A stretch of DNA of 64,000 nucleotides from Deltaproteobacteria bacterium. Its GTDB lineage: Bacteria > Desulfobacterota > Binatia > UBA12015. Where the stretch lies: NCBI GenBank assembly GCA_029262355.1, contig JAJCZO010000416.1, positions 74,973 to 138,972 on the forward strand. Direction: 5' to 3'. Positions 45,298-53,502 of the stretch are shown piece by piece (positions within the stretch are counted from its first letter, which is position 1; every line of letters starts with the position of its first letter). The notes beneath the pieces were generated by a model, which ran no database searches, was not told the DNA's origin, and was given only the letters and a program-made list of their open reading frames with translations. The translations under genes were made by a program, and so were the position numbers.

Positions 45298-46029
45298 CTA
45301 CTGCGTCTGGAACTGCAGCGGGTTGAGGCCGCCGAACTGCGAGGCCGGCGCTTCTGGGGGCGTGCCTCCCAGGGCGATGAGCCGGGCCCGCGCAAATTCC
45401 TTGGCGGGCCCCTGCGGGTTGTCCTCCAGGTAGACTCCGTACAACTCCACCGCTCGCTCCTTCGCGCCACCGGCCTCCTCGACCTGTGCTAGCTCGATCG
45501 TGACCTCGGGCTTGGCCGGGCCGGCGAGTTCGCGCGCGGCGTCGAGTTCGGTTCGCGCCGCCGCGGTGTCGCCTTTCTTCGCGAGGGCGCGGCCCAGGTT
45601 CAGGCGGGCAAGCTGCTGTAGCGGCACGGTGGTCGAGCCACCGAGGAACTGGCGATAGAACTTGATCGCATCGTCCGGCTTGTCGAGCTGGAGCGCTGCG
45701 CGGCCGGCGTACAACGTGGCGAGTCGCCCGTAGTCGGTACCGCCGAGATCGTTCGCCAGAGCGACGAAGCCGTCATACGCCTCCGACCACTGGTCGGCCT
45801 GGTAGAGCTCGATCGCCGAGTAGAACTGTCGGTTGGCGGTTGCATTGCGAGACGAGATCCACCAGCTCACTCCGATGATGAGGAGGAGTACGGCGACGAG
45901 ACCCGCCGCGCCATATTTGACGATAGCCTGATTCTGTTGCGCCCACTCGACGACCTTACCGGTCGCCGTGACGAACTCGTCCGGCTGCTTCAGATCCTTA
46001 TGGGAGGGTCGCTTGACGCGCGCGCTCAT
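45298..46029 (-). CDS. YfgM-like TPR membrane protein (N-terminal single TM, periplasmic TPR domain)
   Basis: Short basic N-terminus, TM (AAGLVAVLLLIIGVSWWI), then TPR-like repeats. Architecture typical of the YfgM/ancillary SecYEG translocon subunit family. Confidence 0.5.
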   Translation of the reverse strand: MSARVKRPSHKDLKQPDEFVTATGKVVEWAQQNQAIVKYGAAGLVAVLLLIIGVSWWISSRNATANRQFYSAIELYQADQWSEAYDGFVALANDLGGTDYGRLATLYAGRAALQLDKPDDAIKFYRQFLGGSTTVPLQQLARLNLGRALAKKGDTAAARTELDAARELAGPAKPEVTIELAQVEEAGGAKERAVELYGVYLEDNPQGPAKEFARARLIALGGTPPEAPASQFGGLNPLQFQTQ

Positions 46030-46090
46030 TGTCTACACATCCTCATCTGGGCGGCTCCGTGCGAGAGATCTCTTGCTCTCGAGGGCCGCG

Positions 46091-46609
46091 TTACATCTTG
46101 TACTTGAAGTCGCCCGGCGCCATCCGGTCGAGGATGTCGGCCCACTTCTCTGGCGAGATATCGGAGAGGTTCTGCTCGTGGCCCTCTTCCTGCTCCTGCT
46201 GCAGGATGCTGGACTGTTCGAGAACCTTTTTGGCTACATAGATCGGGCACTTCGAGCGAATGGCGAGCGCGAGTGCGTCGCTCGGGCGAGAGTCGATGCT
46301 CATCTCGCGATCGGCGACCCTCAAGTGAATGGTCGCGTAGAACGTGTTGTCCTTGAGGTCGCTCACCTCGACCGCCTCGACGGTGGCGTTGAGCTCGCCG
46401 ATGATGGTTTGCAGGAGATCATGGGTCATCGGCCGCGCCACCTCGATGTTCTCGAGCTCGGTGGCGATGGCGGTTGCCTCGAGCAGGCCGATCCAGATCG
46501 GAAGATTGATCTTGTTGTCGGCGTCACGCAGAACGACGATCGGCGTCTTCGTCGCCGGATCGAGCGTCAGCCCGTCGAGGCTCATTTCTATCGAGTCTGC
46601 AGGATTCAT
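46091..46609 (-). CDS. bifunctional nuclease (BFN/DUF151) family protein
   Basis: Conserved BFN-domain core (TPIVVLRDADNKINLPIWIGLLEATAIA ... RPMTHDLL ... SRPSDALALAIR). Confidence 0.65.
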   Translation of the reverse strand: MNPADSIEMSLDGLTLDPATKTPIVVLRDADNKINLPIWIGLLEATAIATELENIEVARPMTHDLLQTIIGELNATVEAVEVSDLKDNTFYATIHLRVADREMSIDSRPSDALALAIRSKCPIYVAKKVLEQSSILQQEQEEGHEQNLSDISPEKWADILDRMAPGDFKYKM

Positions 46610-46673
46610 GCCGTCCGCCGCCTAGCACCCTTCCTACCCATGCACTCTCGCGTGGTCAACGGTTCGGAGGGCC

Positions 46674-48095
46674 TCAAGAGATCACGAGCCGGTCGATCAC
46701 CCGGTAGAGCTGGTTCAGATTGCGACACTCTTCGACGAAGTCGCAGAACGGCCCGTACCGATCCATTTCGCTGTCCCCGAAGCCCCAGGTGTTCTGGCTT
46801 TCTGGGTTGAGCCAAAGAACCTGCTTCGCTCGCTGTTGGATGTCCCGCATGACCCACTCGTGCGCCAGGTTGTAGTTGTTCCGGGCGTCACCCAACACGA
46901 TCACCGTGGTGCGGCGGTTGATGATCGACAGGTGATCGCTGTGAAACGACTTGAACGCGCGACCGAAGTCGGAGTGCGCGAAGACGTTGATCACGTCTCC
47001 TCGGAGCGCCTGATCCACCGCCTCATTGATTTCGAGATCCTCAAAGAGCCGAGTAACCTCACCGATGTCGGCCACGAAAATGAAGCTCCGAACCTTCGAG
47101 TAGAGATCTTGCAACGAATAGACGAACTGCAGCATGAACCGCGACACGTTCCGGACCGAATCCGAAACGTCGCACAGCACCACGATCTGAGGCTTGTGCT
47201 TCTTGCGCCGGTCGAAGTGCACGTCGAAGGGGATTCCGCCGAACTGGGTGTTGTGCCGTAGCGTTCGTTGGAGATCGAACGTTCCCCGCTTCGCACGAGA
47301 ACGCTTGATGGAAACGACATTCTTCAATCGCTGCGCCAAGCGAGACACCGCCTCTTTCATCCGGCGGATCTCGTCCTCGCTGAGGTAGTAGAAGCTCTTC
47401 TCTCCGAGGTCCCCGAGTCGCGTCGGATCGCCAGGCCGCTTCTCCTTGCGCGCAGTCTCGAGCTTGGCGGCGCGCTTCATCATGTCGGCGAGGTCTGCGA
47501 GTCGTTGGCGGATGAGCTCGCGTAGCTTCGCGGCCGTCTCCGGGTCGAGGCCCATACCCTCGAGCTCTTCGGAAAGCTGTCCCAACTCACGAGCGATGTC
47601 AGACAGGCCCATCTGCTCGCCGAGCGCGTGCCCGAGTCGCCCCTCTCGCGTGCGCCCTTCCCCGCCGCCCTCGCCCTCGCCCTTGGCCTGTTCCATCGCC
47701 TCGCGGATCTTCTGCTCGAGGGTGCCGTCGTCATGCTCCATCAGGGCTTTGGCGACCTCGGAGAGTTCGACGTCGTTGTTCTCGAGCAGCTTCTGTAGCT
47801 GGTCGAGGAGCTCCTGGTAGTCCCTCGCCGTCTCGGAGACCTGCTGGCTCCCTTCCTCGCCGACCTCCTTGATCGCGTCGCCGAGCCCGGAGAAGAACAA
47901 ATCGAAGAGCTCGTCGAAGGTCGCGGCGTCCGTGGAACGCTTTACCATCGTCGCCCGCAGCACTTCGCGCACGAGCTCTCGCGAGCCGAGCCCGGTGCCC
48001 TCGAGTGCGTTGAGAGCGTCGAGAGTCTCCGACGTAGACAGCCGGAGCCCATGGTGCCGAAGAAGAGCGCCAAACTCCAGGATGCGGGCTTCCAC
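46674..48095 (-). CDS. VWA domain-containing CoxE-like protein (partner of the MoxR ATPase)
   Basis: C-terminal VWA domain with MIDAS (IVVLCDVSDSV ... VLGDARNN). 473 aa. Immediately downstream of the MoxR-family gene. GTG start. Confidence 0.8.
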   Translation of the reverse strand: MEARILEFGALLRHHGLRLSTSETLDALNALEGTGLGSRELVREVLRATMVKRSTDAATFDELFDLFFSGLGDAIKEVGEEGSQQVSETARDYQELLDQLQKLLENNDVELSEVAKALMEHDDGTLEQKIREAMEQAKGEGEGGGEGRTREGRLGHALGEQMGLSDIARELGQLSEELEGMGLDPETAAKLRELIRQRLADLADMMKRAAKLETARKEKRPGDPTRLGDLGEKSFYYLSEDEIRRMKEAVSRLAQRLKNVVSIKRSRAKRGTFDLQRTLRHNTQFGGIPFDVHFDRRKKHKPQIVVLCDVSDSVRNVSRFMLQFVYSLQDLYSKVRSFIFVADIGEVTRLFEDLEINEAVDQALRGDVINVFAHSDFGRAFKSFHSDHLSIINRRTTVIVLGDARNNYNLAHEWVMRDIQQRAKQVLWLNPESQNTWGFGDSEMDRYGPFCDFVEECRNLNQLYRVIDRLVIS

Positions 48096-48152
48096 GGGAT
48101 CTCCTCGTCACGAGCCGCTGGCCGAGCACCAAGAGGTGCCCTGCCCTAGGGC

Positions 48153-49127
48153 TCAGTGCAGCACGTCCTCGTTGCTGCCATCCTTGTCGGAGGACTTTTC
48201 GGCTTCCTGCCGGGTGCGCTGCCGAGACACGTGCTCGCGCAGCTCCTTCTCAGCCTTCCGAATGTCCGTCTCGTACTTGAAGATTGTACTCAGCGTGTCT
48301 CGAACCTGCTCGTCTCCGAGGCTTTCGACGTTCATCAGGGCCAGAGCCCGGGCCCAGTCGAGCGTCTCGCTGATGCTCGGGGCTTTCTTCAAATCGAGCC
48401 GCCGGATCTTCTGAACGATCGAGACCACCTCGGCAGCCAAGGCCTCGGAGATCTCGGGAACCTTTAGGCGCACGATCTTCGACTCGTGCTCCGTATCCGG
48501 GAAATCGATGAAGAGATGCAGGCAGCGGCGCTTGAGTGCATCCGACATCTCGCGCGAATTGTTGCTCGTCAGCACGACCATTGGGATGTTGCGCGCCTTG
48601 ATCGTGCCGAGCTCGGGTACGCTGACCTGAAAGTCGCTCAGGATCTCGAGTAGGAATGCCTCGAACTCCGAGTCTGATTTGTCGATCTCATCGACGAGGA
48701 GCACCACCGGATTCTCAGACGTGATCGCCTGCAACAGGGGACGCGGCAGGATGAAGCGCTCGGAGAAAAACACGCCGTCCTGCTCGGAGATCCGGTCGAC
48801 CGCTTCGTTCAGCGTATGGGTGCCTGCCAGCACCTCACTGATCTTGTCCTTGAGAAGCTGGGTGTACAGAAGCTGCTTGCCGTACTCCCACTCATAGAGC
48901 GCCTTGGCTTCGTCGAGGCCCTCGTAGCATTGGAGCCGAATGAGGTCCTGGTCGAGACACCCGGAGACGACCTTCGCCAGCTCGGTCTTGCCGACTCCGG
49001 CCGGTCCCTCGACGAGGATCGGCTTGCCCATGCGCGACGCCAAGAACACGACGGTCGCGATGGCACGGTTGCAGATGTACTTGCGTTCGGCGAACTGTTC
49101 TATGACCTGGTCGATTGAATCGAACAT
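48153..49127 (-). CDS. MoxR family AAA+ ATPase (CoxD-like)
   Basis: Walker A (GPAGVGKTELAK), Walker B (VLLVDEIDK), sensor/arginine finger region. ATG at 49127 with a GAGG RBS is preferred over the longer ORF start at 49172. Confidence 0.85.
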   Translation of the reverse strand: MFDSIDQVIEQFAERKYICNRAIATVVFLASRMGKPILVEGPAGVGKTELAKVVSGCLDQDLIRLQCYEGLDEAKALYEWEYGKQLLYTQLLKDKISEVLAGTHTLNEAVDRISEQDGVFFSERFILPRPLLQAITSENPVVLLVDEIDKSDSEFEAFLLEILSDFQVSVPELGTIKARNIPMVVLTSNNSREMSDALKRRCLHLFIDFPDTEHESKIVRLKVPEISEALAAEVVSIVQKIRRLDLKKAPSISETLDWARALALMNVESLGDEQVRDTLSTIFKYETDIRKAEKELREHVSRQRTRQEAEKSSDKDGSNEDVLH

Positions 49128-49208
49128 CGGAACCTCGCGAAAAAACGAACTAAAACACAGGCCCCGAAGCAAGACAACGCGGTAACGTCTACGCTATTCT
49201 CGACGATC

Positions 49209-49979
49209 GTGTGCACACTCGCAGTTTACACGGACACGTGGAGCGACCTCCCTCTGGTGGTGGCCGCCAACCGTGACGAGTTCTACGAACGTCCGGCGGT
49301 AGCCCCGCAGCGTCTTGGGGGCGGGGACGCGTTCGGCGGACGCGACCTGCGCGCTGGGGGCTCTTGGCTGGCGGTCGGTCGCCACGGTTTGGTCGTGGGC
49401 GTGTTGAACCGCCGCACCGAGGCCCCACCCGATCCATCATGCTCGTCTCGGGGCGCTCTGTGTGTCGCGCTCGCCGAACAGACGTCGATGGACGGAGCGA
49501 TCAACCTTCTTCGAGACCAGAGGCCGACGCGGTACAATCCCTTCAACCTCCTCATTGCGGATCGTCGGTGTGCGGTCGTCGCCCAGAACCGCGCAGACGA
49601 GCTTTCGATCGAAGTACTCGAGCCGGGGCTACACCTCCTCACGAATCTCGACCTGAACGACATCGAGTGCCAGAGAATCTCGCGTTCAACGCATCGGTTC
49701 GCGGAGCTGGTGCCGCGCTACGAGGCAAGCCGTGATCGGGCAAAGCTGGTCGACGACCTGCACCTCATCCTGGCGGATCATCACATTGCGCTCGACGATC
49801 GAAAGCCGACCGACCAACTCTGCATCCACACCAATCAGTACGGAACGCGCTCCTCGAGCCTCATTTCGCTGGATGACCACGGCGACGTGCGCTTCCTGCA
49901 CGCGCCCGGACCGCCGTGCCGGACCGCGTACGGGCGCGTAGAGCTCCCGTGGCCCGTGGGCGTCGCCCCTACTTCTTGA
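49209..49979 (+). CDS. NRDE family protein (TANGO2/DUF833 homologue)
   Basis: N-terminal MCT...VVAANRDEF motif diagnostic of the NRDE family. 256 aa. GTG start. Confidence 0.8.
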   Translation: MCTLAVYTDTWSDLPLVVAANRDEFYERPAVAPQRLGGGDAFGGRDLRAGGSWLAVGRHGLVVGVLNRRTEAPPDPSCSSRGALCVALAEQTSMDGAINLLRDQRPTRYNPFNLLIADRRCAVVAQNRADELSIEVLEPGLHLLTNLDLNDIECQRISRSTHRFAELVPRYEASRDRAKLVDDLHLILADHHIALDDRKPTDQLCIHTNQYGTRSSSLISLDDHGDVRFLHAPGPPCRTAYGRVELPWPVGVAPTS

Positions 49980-50745
49980 GGCGTGCCAGGAGCGCGTCTG
50001 CGCGGCCCGCCGCCGCCGCAAGGATCGGATCGCGGCTCGCGCGCCCGGCGCGCAAGCTGTCGAGCTCCAGGCGCTTGCCCGTCCGAAGCGACACCAGCTC
50101 CCCATCGACGGGTGCGAGTAGGCAATGGAGTGCCGCGGCTTCACGGATGTTGATGCGCCCCAACACCGCGCCCTCTGCGGCCCCGCGTGCCACCAGGCAG
50201 ACGTGATACGATAGGGGCGCCTCAGCCTCTTTACGGCGACCGAGTCGAAGGATGGAGCGCTTCTCGAGCCCGGTTCCCAGGACGAAGGGCGACGCGGGCT
50301 GGTCCGTCGGCTCGACCGTCGTGCCCTGCCAGCGCAACGTTCCCGAGCTCGCGACGTAGAGGTCCCCCAGCGCGGGTGCGATCACTGCGGCCGACCACGG
50401 TTCACCCCGGTGGAGCAGCCCAAGCGAGACGGTCCATGTCGGAAGCCCGGCCCAATAGGCATCCACTCCATCGATCGCGTCCACGGTGAGGACCCATTCC
50501 GTCCGAGGAAGCGGTCCGGCCTCGTGCACGACCGCGATGCGCGTGCGGGGCCGACTGGCGTAGGCCTCGCGCGAAAGCCAGGCCTCGATCTCGCGGGTGA
50601 TTTTGCCGCTAGCCGTTCGACGCTGCGCGTGCGCGGCGCGCAGGTCCAGGGCCATCGAGCCTGCGTGGCGGGCGAGCCTGGCCAAGCCGCGGGCGTCGAA
50701 CGGGGCTCGTGGCCGGCCGTAGCGCACTCCTCGGTCAGTCGACAT
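49969..50745 (-). CDS. inositol monophosphatase / CysQ-like (FIG superfamily) phosphatase
   Basis: Metal-binding motif region (WVLTVDAIDGVDAYWAG, compare DPIDGT) and the conserved EE-containing N-terminal helix. Start at 50745 chosen to minimise overlap with the upstream gene (alternative 50793). Confidence 0.65.
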   Translation of the reverse strand: MSTDRGVRYGRPRAPFDARGLARLARHAGSMALDLRAAHAQRRTASGKITREIEAWLSREAYASRPRTRIAVVHEAGPLPRTEWVLTVDAIDGVDAYWAGLPTWTVSLGLLHRGEPWSAAVIAPALGDLYVASSGTLRWQGTTVEPTDQPASPFVLGTGLEKRSILRLGRRKEAEAPLSYHVCLVARGAAEGAVLGRINIREAAALHCLLAPVDGELVSLRTGKRLELDSLRAGRASRDPILAAAAGRADALLARLKK

Positions 50746-51586
50746 GATCGAGGCCGCGTTCGAGTGCGCGCTTGGTAAAATGATCGTCACCAAGGCCGAT
50801 GTCGTAGGCGAGATCGGAGACGTTCACCGTCGTCACGGAGCCCCCCTCCGGTTGCTTCATGACGAGCTGCATCGCGGTCGGAATACCACTGACCTCTCGG
50901 ATGTTCTCGAACCGCAGCATCTTCGTTGGCGTACCGTCCGCATCGGCGAACATCTCCATGCGGCGGACCCAAACATCGGCTTCGGAAATCTCTACCGTGA
51001 CGTGGTCGTAAGACCGCGTGTCGCTCCGCTGTCGCAACAGAAAACGGGCACTGCCGACCGGTGCGTTCGGCGCCGGGCCGATCGGACGCGCCTCAACACT
51101 CTGCGGACTCCACAGGAGCACGTTCTGTACGATGTCGAGGTCCGCGTATGAGAAGTCGGTGCCCATGAAGCTCTTGTGACGTGCCTTCGAGGTGATCTGC
51201 CGAGTCCGTCCCAGCTCGGGGAGGTGAAGCCATTGTGCAGGGGGACCGGCCTCCTCGGCGTGACGCAGAAACGCCGTCCCGCGGACGCTGGCCGGCTCGA
51301 GAAACACTACGAGCGTCTTCTCCCCGTCGCCTTCGCGCCTCGTCAGCATCACGAGCTTCCGCACCCGCTCGTTGCCCAGTCCGTCGACGATGGTCAGCGT
51401 CAAGGTCTGGCGGCGGTCCTTCCAGCTCCACTTCGACCTGGTGTTCTCCCGCGCTCGCTCGAGGAGCGCGAGGCTACCCTCCGGCGCAGCCTGCGACGGC
51501 GTGCAGCTAGCGAGACCCACAGCAACCGTGATGCTGGCGACGGCGAGCAGGGCGACCACCTCGCGCCGGCCACCGCGGCCACTCAT
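50735..51586 (-). CDS. outer membrane lipoprotein-sorting protein (LolA-like) family lipoprotein
   Basis: Lipoprotein signal (VALLAVASITVAVGLASC). Conserved blocks recalled from this family (NERVRK ... WLHLPELGRTRQITSKARHKSFMGTDFSYADLD ... FTKRALERGL). ATGA overlap with the upstream pgsA paralogue. Confidence 0.6.
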   Translation of the reverse strand: MSGRGGRREVVALLAVASITVAVGLASCTPSQAAPEGSLALLERARENTRSKWSWKDRRQTLTLTIVDGLGNERVRKLVMLTRREGDGEKTLVVFLEPASVRGTAFLRHAEEAGPPAQWLHLPELGRTRQITSKARHKSFMGTDFSYADLDIVQNVLLWSPQSVEARPIGPAPNAPVGSARFLLRQRSDTRSYDHVTVEISEADVWVRRMEMFADADGTPTKMLRFENIREVSGIPTAMQLVMKQPEGGSVTTVNVSDLAYDIGLGDDHFTKRALERGLDHVD

Positions 51587-52140
51587 GCTGGGCGGGCCTG
51601 GTACCACGTGAGCCCTCGCCATACGTACTGTACTCCCGCCACCGCAGTGAGACCGGCAGCGACCGCGAGGAGGACCTCGCCGAGCTGGGGCACGGGAAAC
51701 CCAGGCTGCCAGAGCAAGAACAGACAGACCCCGAGGCCGCCGATCTGGAAGAAGGTTGCCCACTTTCCGGTTAGGCTGGGCGCGATCTCAATCGTCTCGC
51801 CCGTCACGAAGAACAAGGTCAGGTACCCGGTCAGGCACACGATGTCGCGAGTCAGGATGATCGTGAGCACCCAGAACGGCACCGCCCCGATGAGGGAGAG
51901 CTTCACGAGGAGAGTAATCACCAGGCCCTTGTCGGCCAGCGGGTCCAGATATGCGCCAAGTTCGGTCTTCGTGTTGGTGCGACGAGCGATGTACCCATCG
52001 AGGCCATCGGTCAGCCCGGCTGCGAAGAAGAGCGCGAACGCGAGAGCAAAGCTCTCGGAGTCGAGCGCAATCAGAATTGCCGGGATCGCGGCAATGCGCA
52101 GCAGCGTCAGCGCGTTCGGAACGTTCAGCGCGTTCAGCAT
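51583..52140 (-). CDS. CDP-alcohol phosphatidyltransferase (second PgsA-like paralogue)
   Basis: Signature DGxxAR...G...DxxxD (GLTDGLDGYIARRTNTKTELGAYLDPLADK). 185 aa, 4-5 TM. Confidence 0.8.
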   Translation of the reverse strand: MLNALNVPNALTLLRIAAIPAILIALDSESFALAFALFFAAGLTDGLDGYIARRTNTKTELGAYLDPLADKGLVITLLVKLSLIGAVPFWVLTIILTRDIVCLTGYLTLFFVTGETIEIAPSLTGKWATFFQIGGLGVCLFLLWQPGFPVPQLGEVLLAVAAGLTAVAGVQYVWRGLTWYQARPA

Positions 52141-53456
52141 ACGGCTTCCCCGAGTAACTTCTCGATCTGCCCGGCCAGCTTGTGGGTGACGAGCGCGGTG
52201 ACCCGCGTCCCGGTCTCCTCATCGTGTCGTTCGAGGACACGCCCTTCTCGGTGTACGCGCGCGAGAATCTCCCCTCGTCCGAACGGAATCCAGAACTCCA
52301 CCTGCTGGGCACTTCGCGCGAGGTGCGCGTCGATCGCGGCGAGGACGTTTGGAACACCTTCACCGGTTCGCGCTGAGGCGAGGACGCCGCCGTTGCGCTT
52401 GACCTCGTAAGCGACGTGTTGCCGGTCGTCGTTCGTCAGCCGATCGACCTTGTTCCAGACCAATACGGTCGGAGCGTCGGGCACGCCGATCTCCGCGAGG
52501 ACTTCCTCGACGACGCGTCGGTGCACCTCGCGCTCCGGACTCGATCCGTCCACGACGTGCAGCAGGAGGTCGGCGGTTCGGACCTCTTCTAGTGTGCTCT
52601 TGAATGCCTCTACGAGCTGGTGCGGAAGCTTGTGAATGAAGCCCACCGTATCGCTCAACAGCGCCGTGCCGGCCTTCTCCAGGTCGAGGCGTCGGACGGT
52701 GGGATCCAATGTCGCGAAGAGCCGGTCGTCGATCAGTACATCTGCGCCGGTCAGACACTTCATGAGAGTGGACTTCCCGGCGTTGGTGTACCCGACGAGG
52801 GCGACGGTCGGGAACGGAACCTCCGCACGTTCGCGGCGGTGCAGGTCGCGTGTGCGCGCAACGTCTCGCAAACGTCGACGCAACATCGCCACGCGTTCGC
52901 GCACCCGCCGGCGATCCACCTCGAGCTGCGTTTCACCGGGCCCCTTGGTGCCGACGCCTCCGCCGCGCTGGCGCGACAGATGGGTCCAGTGTCGCGTGAG
53001 CCTCGGCAGCAGATAGTCGAGCTGCGCCAGCTCCACCTGCAGTTTCCCCTCGATGCTCTGGGCGCGCTGTGCGAAGATGTCGAGGATCAGTTGGCTCCGG
53101 TCGATGACGCGTACGGTCGGATCCCCGAACGTGCGCGGGTCGACGGTGCGCTCCAGATTGCGTTGCTGGGCTGGCGAGAGCGGGTCGTCGAAGACGAGCA
53201 GGTCCACGCACTTTTCCTGCACGATCGCCCGGATCTCATCGACCTTCCCAGCCCCGATGAAGGTGCGAACATCGGGTGTGTTCCGACGCTGCGAGGTCGA
53301 GCCCACGACTACGGCGCCGGCGGTCTCACAAAGCCGTCCCAGCTCGGCGAGAGACTCGTCTATCGGATGGAGGGCGCCGTCAGACCGAGTCTCGAGGCCT
53401 ACCAGCAACGCTCGCTCGGCTTCTTGGCGAAGCTCAATAGGGCCTTTTCGACTCAT
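52134..53456 (-). CDS. hflX: GTPase HflX
   Basis: HflX N-terminal domain, G-domain motifs G1 (GYTNAGKST), G3 (DTVGF), G4 (NKVD). 440 aa. Confidence 0.9.
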   Translation of the reverse strand: MSRKGPIELRQEAERALLVGLETRSDGALHPIDESLAELGRLCETAGAVVVGSTSQRRNTPDVRTFIGAGKVDEIRAIVQEKCVDLLVFDDPLSPAQQRNLERTVDPRTFGDPTVRVIDRSQLILDIFAQRAQSIEGKLQVELAQLDYLLPRLTRHWTHLSRQRGGGVGTKGPGETQLEVDRRRVRERVAMLRRRLRDVARTRDLHRRERAEVPFPTVALVGYTNAGKSTLMKCLTGADVLIDDRLFATLDPTVRRLDLEKAGTALLSDTVGFIHKLPHQLVEAFKSTLEEVRTADLLLHVVDGSSPEREVHRRVVEEVLAEIGVPDAPTVLVWNKVDRLTNDDRQHVAYEVKRNGGVLASARTGEGVPNVLAAIDAHLARSAQQVEFWIPFGRGEILARVHREGRVLERHDEETGTRVTALVTHKLAGQIEKLLGEAVC

Positions 53457-53502
53457 GCCTGATTGTGCGCCCCGAGCGGCTTCCGATCCAGAGCCGAAGG
53501 GG

